Shown here: positions 19,875-31,500 of the stretch, one piece after another
How the letters are laid out: each line of letters begins with the position of its first letter
How positions within the stretch are numbered: the stretch's first letter is position 1
Source of the DNA: Candidatus Woesearchaeota archaeon
GTDB taxonomy: Archaea; Nanobdellota; Nanobdellia; Woesearchaeales; SKIA01
Direction: 5' to 3'
Length of the DNA: 64,000 bases
Assembly: GCA_043771635.1 (NCBI GenBank)
Contig: JAYVHA010000019.1
Span: 71,009-135,008, forward strand
Made by a program: the position numbers and the translations under genes
Notes under the pieces: generated by a model
Told to the model about the DNA's origin: nothing
The model's database searches: none
Seen by the model: only the letters and a program-made list of their open reading frames with translations

Positions 19875-22200
19875 TAAATCGCTCGCGCAAACAAGTACGC
19901 GCAAGCCAAAACTTCTAATTGTTGCACCATACTATCCTCCGCACGTTGGCGGAGTCGAAAACTATGTCTACAGTGTTGCAAGGGCGCTCTCACAAGACCA
20001 CGGTTGGCGCGTTAGCATACTTACTACTGGCAAAAAAATACAACTGGAAAAAAGCACGGAAGACGGATGCACAATATACCGTTTGCCAGTTTCCATCACG
20101 GTCTCGAACACACCACTAGGTTTTAACTGGATTAAAGCGATCAATGAAATTGTCGAACGAGAGCGACCCGACATAATTAATGTACACGCGCCAGTGCCGG
20201 GCCTTGCAGATATTACTACATACATTGTAAAAGACACACCCGTAGTAGTAACTTATCATGCCGGTAGAAACATAACAAAGCGAGGGCTGGTACTTGATTC
20301 TCTCACTAATTTATACGAAGGCAGTCTTGTTCACTTGATGCTTCGGCGCGCGACGCACATTATTAGTAGCTCCGACTTTGTACGCGGAACACTGCTTAGT
20401 AAATACCAGAATAAAACAACCACCATTACGCCAGGAGTTGATCTTAAACGGTTTTCGGTAAAACGCGTAAAAGCAGGTATACCACTTTTATTTGTTGGAA
20501 GCCTGAACAAGGCTGAAAGATACAAAGGGCTGGAATTCTTAATAGACGCGATTGCATTATTGCGTGCGCGCGGAAAAGATGTTGAGCTTGTTGTCGCGGG
20601 CGACGGTTCATTTCGCAGTTGGTACGAGGAGTTTGCAAAAACTCTCGGCGTAACAGATTTAGTTAAGTTTATGGGTCGCAAGCAGGGAGACGAGCTCGTA
20701 CAACTCTACCAAGAATGTACGCTGTATGTACATCCGTCCACATTCGACAGCTGTCCACTAACAGTGCTCGAGGCAATGGCGTGCGGAAAACCTGTACTCG
20801 GCTCGCGCGCCTCAGGCATCCCCTTCATGATCGAAGAAGGCGTTGACGGAATGCTAGCAGACCCTGCAAGTCCTAGCTCGCTCGCAGAGCACATAGAAAA
20901 TTTACTAGACAATCCGTCGCGCCTCCAACGAATAGGGCGAGCCGCGCGAGAGAAAGTAGAACGCAAGCATGACTGGAAACTTATTGCAGCGCGAACCGAT
21001 ACTCTTTTCCGCAAAATATTAACTGATATGGGTTGCGATCCAACGCATCATAAATTACTTGTGCTTGCGCCGTATCTGTACCCGCATCGCGGCGGAGTTG
21101 AAAAGTATATTGATGAAATTTCAAAACGCTTACACGACAATTATGGGTGGAAAGTAATTTTTATTACGACTCAAGAAGGCTTCAAAACAGGCATCCAACA
21201 TAAGCACGCCTCCGACACCTACAAACTATCGTATCGTTTAAAATTTTCAAATACGCCAATAAGCAGGCTTTGGCGAAGCCAAATTAAAGATATAATAAGC
21301 CGCGAGCGACCGGATGTTATTAACGGACACACACCCGTACCGTTTCTTGCCGACACTGGAGCGCAGGTGTCAGGCAATACTCCATTTATACTATCATACC
21401 ATAATGATATTGTAAAAGACAGTCTAATAATGAATTTCGTTGCAAAACTTTACTTGTACGTGATGGGCACCCGCACGCTTGAGCGCGCGAACAGTATTGT
21501 GGTATCCTCGCGTTTTTACGCAGAGAACTCCAAAACCCTAGCTCCATACAACAATAAAATTAAAATAATTTCTCCAGGCGTCGATCTAAAACGATTCCAC
21601 CCGCGTACGTCGACTGTTCACGTTCAGCAAAAAATTGGCGAGCAACCATACATCTTGTTTGTTGGACAACTATCTAAGACGCACCGTCACAAGGGACTGA
21701 GGGACCTACTTGCAGCAATGGCTATAGTTCGTAAACGCGTCCCTGACCTGCGACTTGTGGTAATTGGGGAGGGCGACGCAATCGAAGACTATAAGAAACA
21801 AGCCCGCCAGCTTGGGCTACGCTCAGCAGTAATTTTTGTTGGAGCTATCAGTGAGGAAGAGCTTCCAGGCTACTTCGCAGCCGCAACAACCCTTGTACTT
21901 CCGAGTACAAACGCTAGCGAAGGTTTCGGCATGGTAATAATTGAAGCCGCAGCATGCGGCACACCTGCAATTGGCTCAAGCGTAGGGGGAATTCCCTACG
22001 TTATAGTCAACAACAAAACAGGACTACTGGTGCCGCCGGCAAGCCCAATACACCTCGCTGCGGCGCTAGTAAAATTAGTTGAGAATCCGCTAACCACAAG
22101 AGCATACGGAAAAGCGGCGCGTGAGCGCGCAAACAGTCTATTTTCATGGGATGAAAAGGCTGCAGCATATGACGAATTACTGAGGAAGTACCTACAATGA
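19867..22200 (+). CDS. Tandem GT4-GT4 fusion glycosyltransferase
   Basis: Two complete GT-B units, each starting APY..PH.GGVE; DSCPLTVLEAMACG and EGFGMVIIEAAACG. Confidence 0.92.
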   Translation: MNSKSLAQTSTRKPKLLIVAPYYPPHVGGVENYVYSVARALSQDHGWRVSILTTGKKIQLEKSTEDGCTIYRLPVSITVSNTPLGFNWIKAINEIVERERPDIINVHAPVPGLADITTYIVKDTPVVVTYHAGRNITKRGLVLDSLTNLYEGSLVHLMLRRATHIISSSDFVRGTLLSKYQNKTTTITPGVDLKRFSVKRVKAGIPLLFVGSLNKAERYKGLEFLIDAIALLRARGKDVELVVAGDGSFRSWYEEFAKTLGVTDLVKFMGRKQGDELVQLYQECTLYVHPSTFDSCPLTVLEAMACGKPVLGSRASGIPFMIEEGVDGMLADPASPSSLAEHIENLLDNPSRLQRIGRAAREKVERKHDWKLIAARTDTLFRKILTDMGCDPTHHKLLVLAPYLYPHRGGVEKYIDEISKRLHDNYGWKVIFITTQEGFKTGIQHKHASDTYKLSYRLKFSNTPISRLWRSQIKDIISRERPDVINGHTPVPFLADTGAQVSGNTPFILSYHNDIVKDSLIMNFVAKLYLYVMGTRTLERANSIVVSSRFYAENSKTLAPYNNKIKIISPGVDLKRFHPRTSTVHVQQKIGEQPYILFVGQLSKTHRHKGLRDLLAAMAIVRKRVPDLRLVVIGEGDAIEDYKKQARQLGLRSAVIFVGAISEEELPGYFAAATTLVLPSTNASEGFGMVIIEAAACGTPAIGSSVGGIPYVIVNNKTGLLVPPASPIHLAAALVKLVENPLTTRAYGKAARERANSLFSWDEKAAAYDELLRKYLQ

Positions 22201-23294
22201 ACATAATCCATGTCGTACCACACTACCCTCCTAGCTTAGGAGGAATGGAAGTCGTCGCGCAAGAGCTTGCGCAGCGTCAGGCCAAAGCAGGAAACAATGT
22301 TACAGTGTTAACAAGCACGCATGCAGCGCGCGCAGGCACGCACAAGCCGCAGGCTAACCTAACAGTGCATCGCCTAAGATTCATATCTGTTGCAAACACA
22401 CCAATAATCCCGGGGATTTTCTTTAAGATACTAAGCGCAAAAAAACCTGCAATTGTGCACTTGCACGTTGCCATGGCCGCGACACCAGAAATGACTGCAG
22501 TAGCTGCAGCTCTTCGCGGCATTCCCTATATTGTACACTTTCACCTTGATGTGGGACCGCTCGGACGCTTTGCGTTCCTTCTCCCAACTTACAAGCAGCA
22601 CTTTTTAGGACGCGTTATGCGAAATGCAAAAAAGGTCGTCTGCCTTGCGGACTCACACAAAGTATTCCTTGAACAAACATACAAGATACCAAAACAAAGA
22701 ATACAAGTAATACCTAATGGAGTTGGAGAAGCCTACTTTTTACCTGCTAAGAAAAAACAGAATAAAGTACCAGTTATTTTGTCTGTTGGAAGACTTTCCG
22801 TGCAAAAAGATATTCCTATGGCAATTCGCGCAGTCGCAAACATGAAAAATAATGTTATCTACCGAATTGTTGGCGACGGCGACCAATTAGAATTACTAAA
22901 GAAAGTAATTGCTGAAACAGGCACGAAGCGCGTGCAACTTCTAGGGCCGCTACATGGAGCACACAAAATTGCTCAGTATAAACAATCTGACATATGTCTT
23001 ATGGCAAGCGAGCGCGAAGGCATGCCGATTTCATTGCTTGAAGCGATGGCTGCAGGTCATGCGTTAGTCGTGTCCGACATTGATGGACTTCGCGAAACCG
23101 TTGGCAGCGCAGGAATTTTAGTTAAACCCCGTACTCCAGAAGCATTTACTAAGGCACTTGATTCAATGCTTAAAAGCAAAGGCGCCCTTGCAAAATATCA
23201 AAGCCGAAGCCGAGCACGCGCAGTTCAATACACGTGGGACACCGTGTGTCACGAGTTTGAAACACTGTACGCGGAGGTACTGAATGCGCGTTGA
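22197..23294 (+). CDS. GT4 glycosyltransferase
   Basis: HYPPSLGGME, IPNGV, VGRLSVQKD, EGMPISLLEAMAAG. Confidence 0.92.
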   Translation: MNIIHVVPHYPPSLGGMEVVAQELAQRQAKAGNNVTVLTSTHAARAGTHKPQANLTVHRLRFISVANTPIIPGIFFKILSAKKPAIVHLHVAMAATPEMTAVAAALRGIPYIVHFHLDVGPLGRFAFLLPTYKQHFLGRVMRNAKKVVCLADSHKVFLEQTYKIPKQRIQVIPNGVGEAYFLPAKKKQNKVPVILSVGRLSVQKDIPMAIRAVANMKNNVIYRIVGDGDQLELLKKVIAETGTKRVQLLGPLHGAHKIAQYKQSDICLMASEREGMPISLLEAMAAGHALVVSDIDGLRETVGSAGILVKPRTPEAFTKALDSMLKSKGALAKYQSRSRARAVQYTWDTVCHEFETLYAEVLNAR

Positions 23295-25611
23295 CGGAAC
23301 TATGCGCACACTAATCTTTTTACTCTTCGTGCACGCAACTGTGCTAATTCCCGGCATTCCGACTCCAATACGTGCCGCAGCCACACTTGCTTATGCAGTA
23401 ATGGCGGGGTGGATGTTTGTATCAATATTCGGTCTCGGTGCGACGCGTCCGCTTGATCGCTTAATATATGCTGTTGCAACGTCTGTTACAGCACTCATGC
23501 TTATTGGCCTAATCGCTAACATGATTCTACCCTTTGTCGGCGTTGTGCGCCCGTTGCAGGCCGCAACCGCATTAATTATTCTCGATATTCTTGTTGTCTC
23601 TGGGATGGTGTTTACATTCCGCACCACTACCAGCACTCCGGAAGCAAAACTAAAACACGCAAGCACCCAAATAGTAACAAGCGCCTGGAGCATACCAGTA
23701 TGGATTGTTGGCATACTTCCCGTGTTAATGGCCGCGCTCGGCGCACAAACACTAAATGCAGGCGGAAGTTGGATTATAAGCGGATTGGCAATCATTGTTG
23801 CAGTCTCACTGCTTATGGGCGCAATGATATTAAGATCACGCACCACTGACACAACCGCAGCATGGCTGTTGTTTTGTGCAGCGCTCACATTTTTGTGGAT
23901 CGGCTGGCTGCGCAGCAATTATGTTTCAGGAGTAGATATCAATGTAGAATACCATTTATTTGAACACACACTTTCAGTGGGCCGATGGTCTCTTGACGTC
24001 TATCGCGATTCATACAATGCTTGCATGAGTATAACCATACTGCCTACGCTGCTTGCTACGCTTACTGGCCTCGGCCCAACCACAATTTTCAAATTAGTGA
24101 TGCCAATTCTTTTTGCGCTAGTGCCTGTCGCGACATTCGTATTTTTGCGACGCTATGTATCTACTTCGCTGGCACTCGCAGGTGCAACTTTTGTTTTAGC
24201 GCAGCACGCATATTTACTATGGTGGACAATACCCATCAAGCAACAAGTTGGACTTTTACTTTTCAGTACATTGCTTCTTCTAATCTCTGACCGCGACCTC
24301 TCTCCAAGAACTCGCTTTGTAAGCGTATTAGTGGTCGGACTCGGCATGGTGGTAGCACACTATACAACAACATATGTGTCTATAGCACTTCTTTTGGGAG
24401 CAGGAATTACAGTACTAATGTATCGTGGCATTGCAAAAACAAAATGGGGTGCCAAACTTCTAACGAAAGTTCAATTACTTGGTCCGAAAAATCCAACTGA
24501 AGCAAGTAGTACTAAGCGCCCACTTTCAATTCCAATTCCGGCAGTACTAATTATTCTTTTCGCCACCATTGCTTGGTATGGACTAATTACGAACACTGAA
24601 GGCTCCACAGTGGATTCAGTTCAACAAGTAGCCTCTAGTATAGGTAATGTTTTTGATGACGACGTACGGCAAGCGGGCACTCTTACAAGCGTATTTAATC
24701 CATTCGCGCAGCCGCCAAATGAAGCGCAATTGCTCGCATCAGTAGCATTAGACGTCAATGATAAATCAAAACTACCTGGTCGCTTTACGCCGGCAGCTTA
24801 TTCTGAATATAGAATCACTACAGCTCCAGAACTAATCACGCCAATAGGTGTTCCCGTTTTAGTAAAAAAAAGTGCATTTGCATTAAACGAAATTACAAAA
24901 ACTCTAATTAAACTCTTCATGCTTATAGGCATCGGGATTTTATTTACCAAGCATCTGCGTCGTGGGGACATTGAACCGGAAATCACCTTTTTAGTTATTT
25001 TTGCGTTTGGTGTTTTGGCCGCTATGTTGTTCTTGCCTTTCGCATCCATTGTTTACAGCGTAAGTCGCGCATATCAACAAGTTGCGCTAGTAGTAGCACT
25101 AGCGTTCGCAATTGGCGCAGGTACAGTTATTGCTTGGCTGAACAAGTGGACGTCACAAATGGTATCGGGAATTATCGTAGCGTCCATTCTCATTATTCCA
25201 ATTTTATTCTACACAGGTCTTGTGCCAATTCTTGTAGGAGGAACGAGCCCCGCAACTATGCTCGCAAATGAAGGACGAAACTATGATGAAGTTTATGTAG
25301 ATCGAGGTGAAGTGCTTGCAGCTGAATGGATATTTGTAAATGCCGAAGTTAATGACATATACGCCGCAAGCCGTGCCCGGCATAAACTATGGCTTGCTCC
25401 AAGCTTCGCGCTATCAAGAACGGCGGAAGGAGTATTCCCGCAATCCATGCACCGCGATGGCTATGTATACGCAGATTCGACCAACACCATCCGTGGCGTC
25501 GGTTTCGTTGCAGACTCAGGCACCACGCTCTCGTACAATTATCCACTTGAGTTTCTTGAAGAACAGAAATTGGTAGTGTATAGTACTCGAACATCCACAG
25601 TATACCGATGA
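23284..25611 (+). CDS. DUF2206-like polytopic membrane protein (candidate GT-C/polymerase)
   Basis: More than 14 TM segments; G.DINVEY, YNACMSITILPT, IFK, AHYTTTY, C-terminal VVYS....VY. Confidence 0.75.
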   Translation: MRVDGTMRTLIFLLFVHATVLIPGIPTPIRAAATLAYAVMAGWMFVSIFGLGATRPLDRLIYAVATSVTALMLIGLIANMILPFVGVVRPLQAATALIILDILVVSGMVFTFRTTTSTPEAKLKHASTQIVTSAWSIPVWIVGILPVLMAALGAQTLNAGGSWIISGLAIIVAVSLLMGAMILRSRTTDTTAAWLLFCAALTFLWIGWLRSNYVSGVDINVEYHLFEHTLSVGRWSLDVYRDSYNACMSITILPTLLATLTGLGPTTIFKLVMPILFALVPVATFVFLRRYVSTSLALAGATFVLAQHAYLLWWTIPIKQQVGLLLFSTLLLLISDRDLSPRTRFVSVLVVGLGMVVAHYTTTYVSIALLLGAGITVLMYRGIAKTKWGAKLLTKVQLLGPKNPTEASSTKRPLSIPIPAVLIILFATIAWYGLITNTEGSTVDSVQQVASSIGNVFDDDVRQAGTLTSVFNPFAQPPNEAQLLASVALDVNDKSKLPGRFTPAAYSEYRITTAPELITPIGVPVLVKKSAFALNEITKTLIKLFMLIGIGILFTKHLRRGDIEPEITFLVIFAFGVLAAMLFLPFASIVYSVSRAYQQVALVVALAFAIGAGTVIAWLNKWTSQMVSGIIVASILIIPILFYTGLVPILVGGTSPATMLANEGRNYDEVYVDRGEVLAAEWIFVNAEVNDIYAASRARHKLWLAPSFALSRTAEGVFPQSMHRDGYVYADSTNTIRGVGFVADSGTTLSYNYPLEFLEEQKLVVYSTRTSTVYR

Positions 25612-26795
25612 CTAGAGTAGATCAACGCAAAAAAGAATCAAAAACAGAAGCCTCCAAGCCGAATCCTACAAAACTAAGAATACTATTTGTAAATGATACA
25701 AATCATATTGAAGGTGGAGCCCAGATATATTTGGAAAACACCATGGTGGGGCTACGCGCCAAAGGCCACGCAGTCTACTTAGTTGCGGGCGCGCAGGAGC
25801 AAAGTGCTCAGGAGCGACGCGCCCCGTTAGCAAATAAAACATTCACTGCCAGTAGAGACGGCTACGCGCGCTACTTGGACAGAATCTACAATCGCGCAGC
25901 AATCACTGCAATTAAGGAAGCTACTGGCGAGTTCAAGCCAGACATCATACACCTTAACTACGCAGCAGACTCAGTGTCGCTTGCAGGCATGCGAATGCTT
26001 AAGGCGCCGCGAGTGGTGTCGTTTCACGACTTAGTACTGGTTGACGAGTCAGCGTACGGTACAGCAGGGCATCCGCTTTATCGCCTGTACATTGCACTGT
26101 GGACTGCGACTACGAGGAGTATTTTAAGGCAATATGATCTTGCAATAGCGCCAAGTTTATTTGTGCAACGCATGGCGCAAGCTAAAGGCTATAGAAATTG
26201 CGATGTCATTCCTAACGGAGCTATGCTCGAGAAAGCTAGTCTAGTACCGCGCCGTAAAGAGATTTTGTATGTTGGCAAGTTCATAGCTAGCAAAGGCGTT
26301 TTAACTTTGCTTGAGGCGTTTGCGCAGGTACGCAAAGCACATCCTGGCGCGCATCTTTCTCTCGTTGGAGACGGTCCTGAACGCGCACTTGTACTTGCGA
26401 CGATAAAACGATTAAAACTCTCCGACTTTGTAACAATTCATGTACACGCGAATCGAGCAGACCTAAGTAAACGCTATGCGGCCGCTCGAATTATAGTTGT
26501 ACCATCCGTAATTCCAGAATCCTTCAACCTTGTGCGCATCGAGGCTATGAGCGCGGGCAGACCCGTAGTTTTGACGCCAGTCGGTGGAATGAGAGAAGGA
26601 GTGCATGACGGAGAAGATGTTATAGTACTACCTGACACAACTGCACGCTCCATCGCAAGCGCTGTGAACAAGCTTCTAAGTGATACTGCGCTATGTGCAC
26701 GCATAGGTGCAAACGCAGCGCGTACCGCAGCGAACTTTTCGATGAAGGAGCACTTGACGCGTTTAGAAGCAAAATACAGAGAATTACTTAGCTAA
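25608..26795 (+). CDS. GT4 glycosyltransferase
   Basis: GGAQIY, VIPNG, VGKFIASKG, ESFNLVRIEAMSAG. Confidence 0.92.
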   Translation: MTRVDQRKKESKTEASKPNPTKLRILFVNDTNHIEGGAQIYLENTMVGLRAKGHAVYLVAGAQEQSAQERRAPLANKTFTASRDGYARYLDRIYNRAAITAIKEATGEFKPDIIHLNYAADSVSLAGMRMLKAPRVVSFHDLVLVDESAYGTAGHPLYRLYIALWTATTRSILRQYDLAIAPSLFVQRMAQAKGYRNCDVIPNGAMLEKASLVPRRKEILYVGKFIASKGVLTLLEAFAQVRKAHPGAHLSLVGDGPERALVLATIKRLKLSDFVTIHVHANRADLSKRYAAARIIVVPSVIPESFNLVRIEAMSAGRPVVLTPVGGMREGVHDGEDVIVLPDTTARSIASAVNKLLSDTALCARIGANAARTAANFSMKEHLTRLEAKYRELLS

Positions 26796-28250
26796 TTTTC
26801 TTTTAGACTTTGTTTTAGTTTTAGGAGACGCTTTGCTCTTACGCGACGCTATTTTTGAAGCTAACTTTGACTGCGACGGTTTTTTGGAATTGCGCGGTTT
26901 CTTCGACGGAGCAGACAACGGAAGCGCAGGGTTAGGTTCGGAAACGGCGCTGTCTGCCGCGATTGGCATGTTTGACTTGCTAAGTGCGAATGGAGTGCCC
27001 CAGAATAGTACAGTGTAAATTACTGCAACAAGTAGGTGGCCTGCTATCCACGACAAGGCAACGCCCTTAAGCGTTAGTACATCTATGCTGTACACAGTCA
27101 ACAGTACACTCGCAGCGAAGAGCGAACTAATTACTAGGAGCGACTTAACCCTATTCTGCAGTCGCATCACCATAGCAAACATCCCATTATACGCGACTAT
27201 GAAACTTGACAGAGCAAGTAACTGCAGGAATTGCGCCGCACCGAATGCATATTCCTCTCCGAACACTGACAAAACTGGCTTTGCAAGTACAAGTACAGCA
27301 AGCACTATTACTGTAACAAGCAAGAACACCATTTTTCTTGTTTTATAAAAAAGCTTGAGTAGTTTTTCAGGGTCGTTTGCGCCTTCGGCAAACATTGTTT
27401 GAGCGGCTGCTTGCGGCACAAAAAACACCATTCCAGCTATAGTCATTGCAATAGAGAAGTAAGCCGTGGTCTCAGTGCCGAGAGTGTTAGTAACAATTAA
27501 TGGAAGAAGGAGAATAGGAAGACTACCAATAAAACCTTCAAGATAGTTACCGACACTATACGGAAACACCGCCTTAGCAACGGCTAAATCCGCCCGCCAA
27601 GTAGGTCTGTAATCAAACTTAACCACTAAAATGCTGATGCAAACTAATGTCGCGACTGAACCGGATATAACCCAACTACCGAACATTCCCCACGCGCCGA
27701 AGCCTACTAATAATGCAGGGAGAATAAGTTTGCCCACGCTAAAAATAATATTTTGCAATAGAATCCATTGATTTGCTAAGAGCGAGTTGAATACTCCCGA
27801 CATAAGCACAAACCAGGTCATTAGTACTACTGTTACTATAAAAAGTGCAATAACGAGAGTGTTCTCGCGAAGAAGCATTAAAGTCGGGCTGACACTCGGC
27901 AAAATTACTAGAAATATGCTTGCGGTAACGAGCGCTGCAAGTGCAGAACCTACAAATGCTACAGTAAGCAGTGAGCTCCTTGGAAAATCACGAATATAAC
28001 GCACTACACCTATGTTAAGGCCTAGCAAACTAAATTGAGTTAAAAGTCCTAAACTAGCAATCATCGTAGACGCAAGTCCTACTGTTGCCGCAGAATAATA
28101 GTGAGTAACAATTATCCAGAAGAAGAAACCAAGGCCTGCGTTTACACCCATACTAAGCAATAAAAAAAAAGTATTCCTCAATAGAGAATCATTTAGAACT
28201 GTGCGAGCATGTTCGCGGGGGTTACTTAGCAGGTTAACTACCCGGCGCAT
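26784..28250 (-). CDS. Oligosaccharide flippase (Wzx/MOP superfamily) with Lys/Ser-rich C-terminal tail
   Basis: L.RNTFFL...GVNAGLGFFFW, 12 TM segments, YF.IA..IA, FGEEY. Confidence 0.88.
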   Translation of the reverse strand: MRRVVNLLSNPREHARTVLNDSLLRNTFFLLLSMGVNAGLGFFFWIIVTHYYSAATVGLASTMIASLGLLTQFSLLGLNIGVVRYIRDFPRSSLLTVAFVGSALAALVTASIFLVILPSVSPTLMLLRENTLVIALFIVTVVLMTWFVLMSGVFNSLLANQWILLQNIIFSVGKLILPALLVGFGAWGMFGSWVISGSVATLVCISILVVKFDYRPTWRADLAVAKAVFPYSVGNYLEGFIGSLPILLLPLIVTNTLGTETTAYFSIAMTIAGMVFFVPQAAAQTMFAEGANDPEKLLKLFYKTRKMVFLLVTVIVLAVLVLAKPVLSVFGEEYAFGAAQFLQLLALSSFIVAYNGMFAMVMRLQNRVKSLLVISSLFAASVLLTVYSIDVLTLKGVALSWIAGHLLVAVIYTVLFWGTPFALSKSNMPIAADSAVSEPNPALPLSAPSKKPRNSKKPSQSKLASKIASRKSKASPKTKTKSKRKLAK

Positions 28251-28350
28251 GGCGTATCAAAACGTTCTCAACTTATAAGCCGTCCGGTTTAGCGTTTTAG
28301 TGCCCCAGTATTGTAATTAGCTAAGGTAAAATAACATCGCAACACATAGT

Positions 28351-28403
28351 TTAGCTAAAATTAGATAAAAAACTCTAAAATTAAGGCAAAAACTAGCAAA
28401 AAA
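28351..28403. repeat. Five 10-bp units with phased A-tracts in a divergent promoter region
   Basis: TTAGCTAAAA / TTAGATAAAA / AACTCTAAAA / TTAAGGCAAA / AACTAGCAAA, immediately upstream of TTTATAAT (28418-28425). Confidence 0.5.
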
Positions 28404-28503
28404 TTGCAGCGATTAGATTTATAATAGGTGCGCGTTCTGGGAAGTATGATTAGGTTGCACCCGGCAAGTAGTGTAAGCGCGGACAACTCATATTATACCA
28501 ACC

Positions 28504-31500
28504 ATGGCAGAACTAGAAAATGAGCAAGCGTGGGACGAGTATATTGAGGAAGCGTACAACCGTGGATACAACCGAGAGAGTCTAGCACAATATTTAGTTA
28601 CAAACCAATGCTATTCTCCAGAATTAGTTGAGTTAATCCTCTCGCACTACGACACCCGCATACGCACAGCTCGAAACCATGCGGTGACTGCAAGCGCATT
28701 TGTCATGCTTTTAGGATTTTTCCTACTTACTTTTTCTATGCAGCCAAGCTTACTTGGCCTTGCCACATTCGACACCGCTGACGCGAGAATTACATTCGCA
28801 AATATCGAACGCCAAATTCCTCAAGGATTTTATGGCTCCGTCACAGGCGGCATTACTGGTAACCAAAGTCGCATAGACACAAACAAGGATAGAGTGCCTG
28901 ACACAGCATCAAACTATCAACTTCACAGGCAAAAAATTCTCGAAGCCGGCGTTACACAAATAAGAATGGATATGGACATAACTAACGTTTACAACCGCGA
29001 CGGAACGTTCAACAAATGGAACAGCTGCAACACTTGCAATTTCGATAATCACAAAAGTACAGTCAACTGGGCTCGGCAAAATAACTTAACAATTCGCCTA
29101 GTTGCAGCATACATGCCAGTGTGGCTTGCAAATGTTACTCCTGCATGCTCAGCAAATCCAACGCGCTGCGAGCCGAACAATTACACAATGTGGCAACAAG
29201 CTGTAACGCGCTATATCGAAGAAGTAGGATGCACAGTGCCCGGTACAAAGTGCGTTATTGAAGCATGGAACGAGCCTTACCTTGGACAATTCCTACTACC
29301 AGGAGGCACTTGTACCGAGCGCACACAATCATATTTTAGGCTATATGACGCGACGCGCGCCGCTGTGAAAAGTAAATGGCCGAACATGGTGGTTGGCGGA
29401 CCAGTAGGCTTCCACGATACCTCATGCTCAAAGCAGCTCACCGAAAGTTTCTTTCGCAACTACACACAATCGCAAGTAGACGAGTTTATCCTACACCAAT
29501 ACAGTTCATCAGGCAATAATGATCTTGCAGTCAAGCTGCGCGATGACATCGCGTGGATCCGCGCCGCAGGCCACCGTCAACCGCTATGCTTCACAGAATA
29601 TAATGTGAATAATGCTTATATCTCAGTTAATGACCAAACACGGCAACACCTATTCATTACGGAAGGAATGATGGAGGGACTTCGTGCAGACAATATTAGC
29701 TGCTTGGTACTGTTTGAGTGGACAGTTACTACGCAGTACGGCGCCCACATGGGATATCCTTACCCGGCAAACTACATTATGTTCAGCGAACCCCTGCTAG
29801 ATAATCAAGAGCGCGGAGCATTCACCGCGTCGCGAGACTTCAGCGCGCAACACCGGGAAGGCCAATCAGTTGTAACAACTACGCGTGCAAACAATAATCT
29901 TGCAGTATTTGCCACAACAGGCGCAGATGGTAATGGAAAGCGCATTACTGTTGCAAACCGCGCTGCAAGCGCTAAAGCGTTTACATTAGCTTTCACCGAC
30001 CTAAGTAGCGGCCTATTACGCAATACAAAAACTAATGCAATTACAGCAGTAGCCAATGGCGTCGCTACTTTACCTGCCATAGGCGCATACGGAGTTGAGT
30101 ATTATGAGTATACGACCACAACTACGCCACCACCACCAGTAATTGTACCTCCGACTGTCGGCGCGATCACTATTGCGGGAGGGGCAGCAACAATAGTTGC
30201 AGGAAACACTGCAGCTTGCGCAGTAACCAGCATCAGCACATCAGGAGCGACTGGAAACTTAACACTCTATTGGATTGTAAACGGCGCGAGCATTAGCAGC
30301 ACAGTGCGCACAGTAACTGGGGCGAGCAGCAGCGAACAATTTAGTGCGCCTCGCGTGACAAGTGCTGGTGAGCGCTGGCAATGCTCCGCAAGTTTGATTA
30401 CTTCGGGCGGCACCGTCACTCGCTTGTCGGCTGAAACCCTTGCAGTCGCAGCACCGGACACTACCAAACCATTTGCTGCAGGGATTAGTCCTGCCGCACT
30501 AACAAACACCACTAATACATCAGTCAACTTTGCTTGGCGCGCGTCGGACGAGAGATCGAGTACACTCTCTTGTGAAATTATAGTGAATGATGTTGTACGC
30601 GCAACTGTCAATACAACGAACAACACCAATACATCAAGAATAATAACCCTACAAATAGGCAGTTATGACTGGTATGCACGCTGCGCTGACGGAGCTCAGA
30701 ATACAGGCTCGTCCGCAGTGCGCGCATTCCAAGTGCTTTCTCCTAATCAGGTTATAGTAGTGCCTCCTAATACTTCGACGAATCAATCCACTAATCAAAC
30801 AATTAATCAAACAAGCCCGGTAACCAACGCCACTAACCCAATAACAAACCAAACAGGTAATCAAACCAGCAACAATACTAACCAAACACCTAATGCAACA
30901 GGCAATCAGACGAACTCAAGCAATAACACGATAGTATTGCCGAATCCAACGCTGCCTCAAAAGCCAACTGCAATAATTACAGTTAGCGGTGGAACCCGCC
31001 GCGATGATGCAATTGCATGGAGAATTTCTGCCACTAGTAGTGATGAACTAAAAGAAACTGTTTTGGAACTAACCTCACCGACTGGACGCGAACTCTCGCG
31101 AACAAGCTATAATTCAGGAATTGAAAGTGTCAGCGTATCAGTTCCGGATTTCATTACAATAGGCGTCGGAAGCAGCGTATGCGCAAAGTTGACAGTCAAA
31201 GACACTTACGACCAAATTACAACTGCAACAAAGTGCTTGACTGTTACGAACTCAGCTCCGCGCGCAGCAACGCCAACATTCGAGAGCGCGAGCGGACTTT
31301 ACATCGCAGCGCAAGAACTGGCATGCATAGTAACCGTGGAAGACCTTGATGAAACGCCGCTAACAGCAGTAATTACTACAACTCGAAATGGCAGTACTTG
31401 GAACAGCACAAGCAGATCAATTTATTCGGGCGACGTTGTGCGCGAAACAGTACCCGCGAATGTAATATTTGCGTCAGACGTATGGGCGTGCGCGATAACT

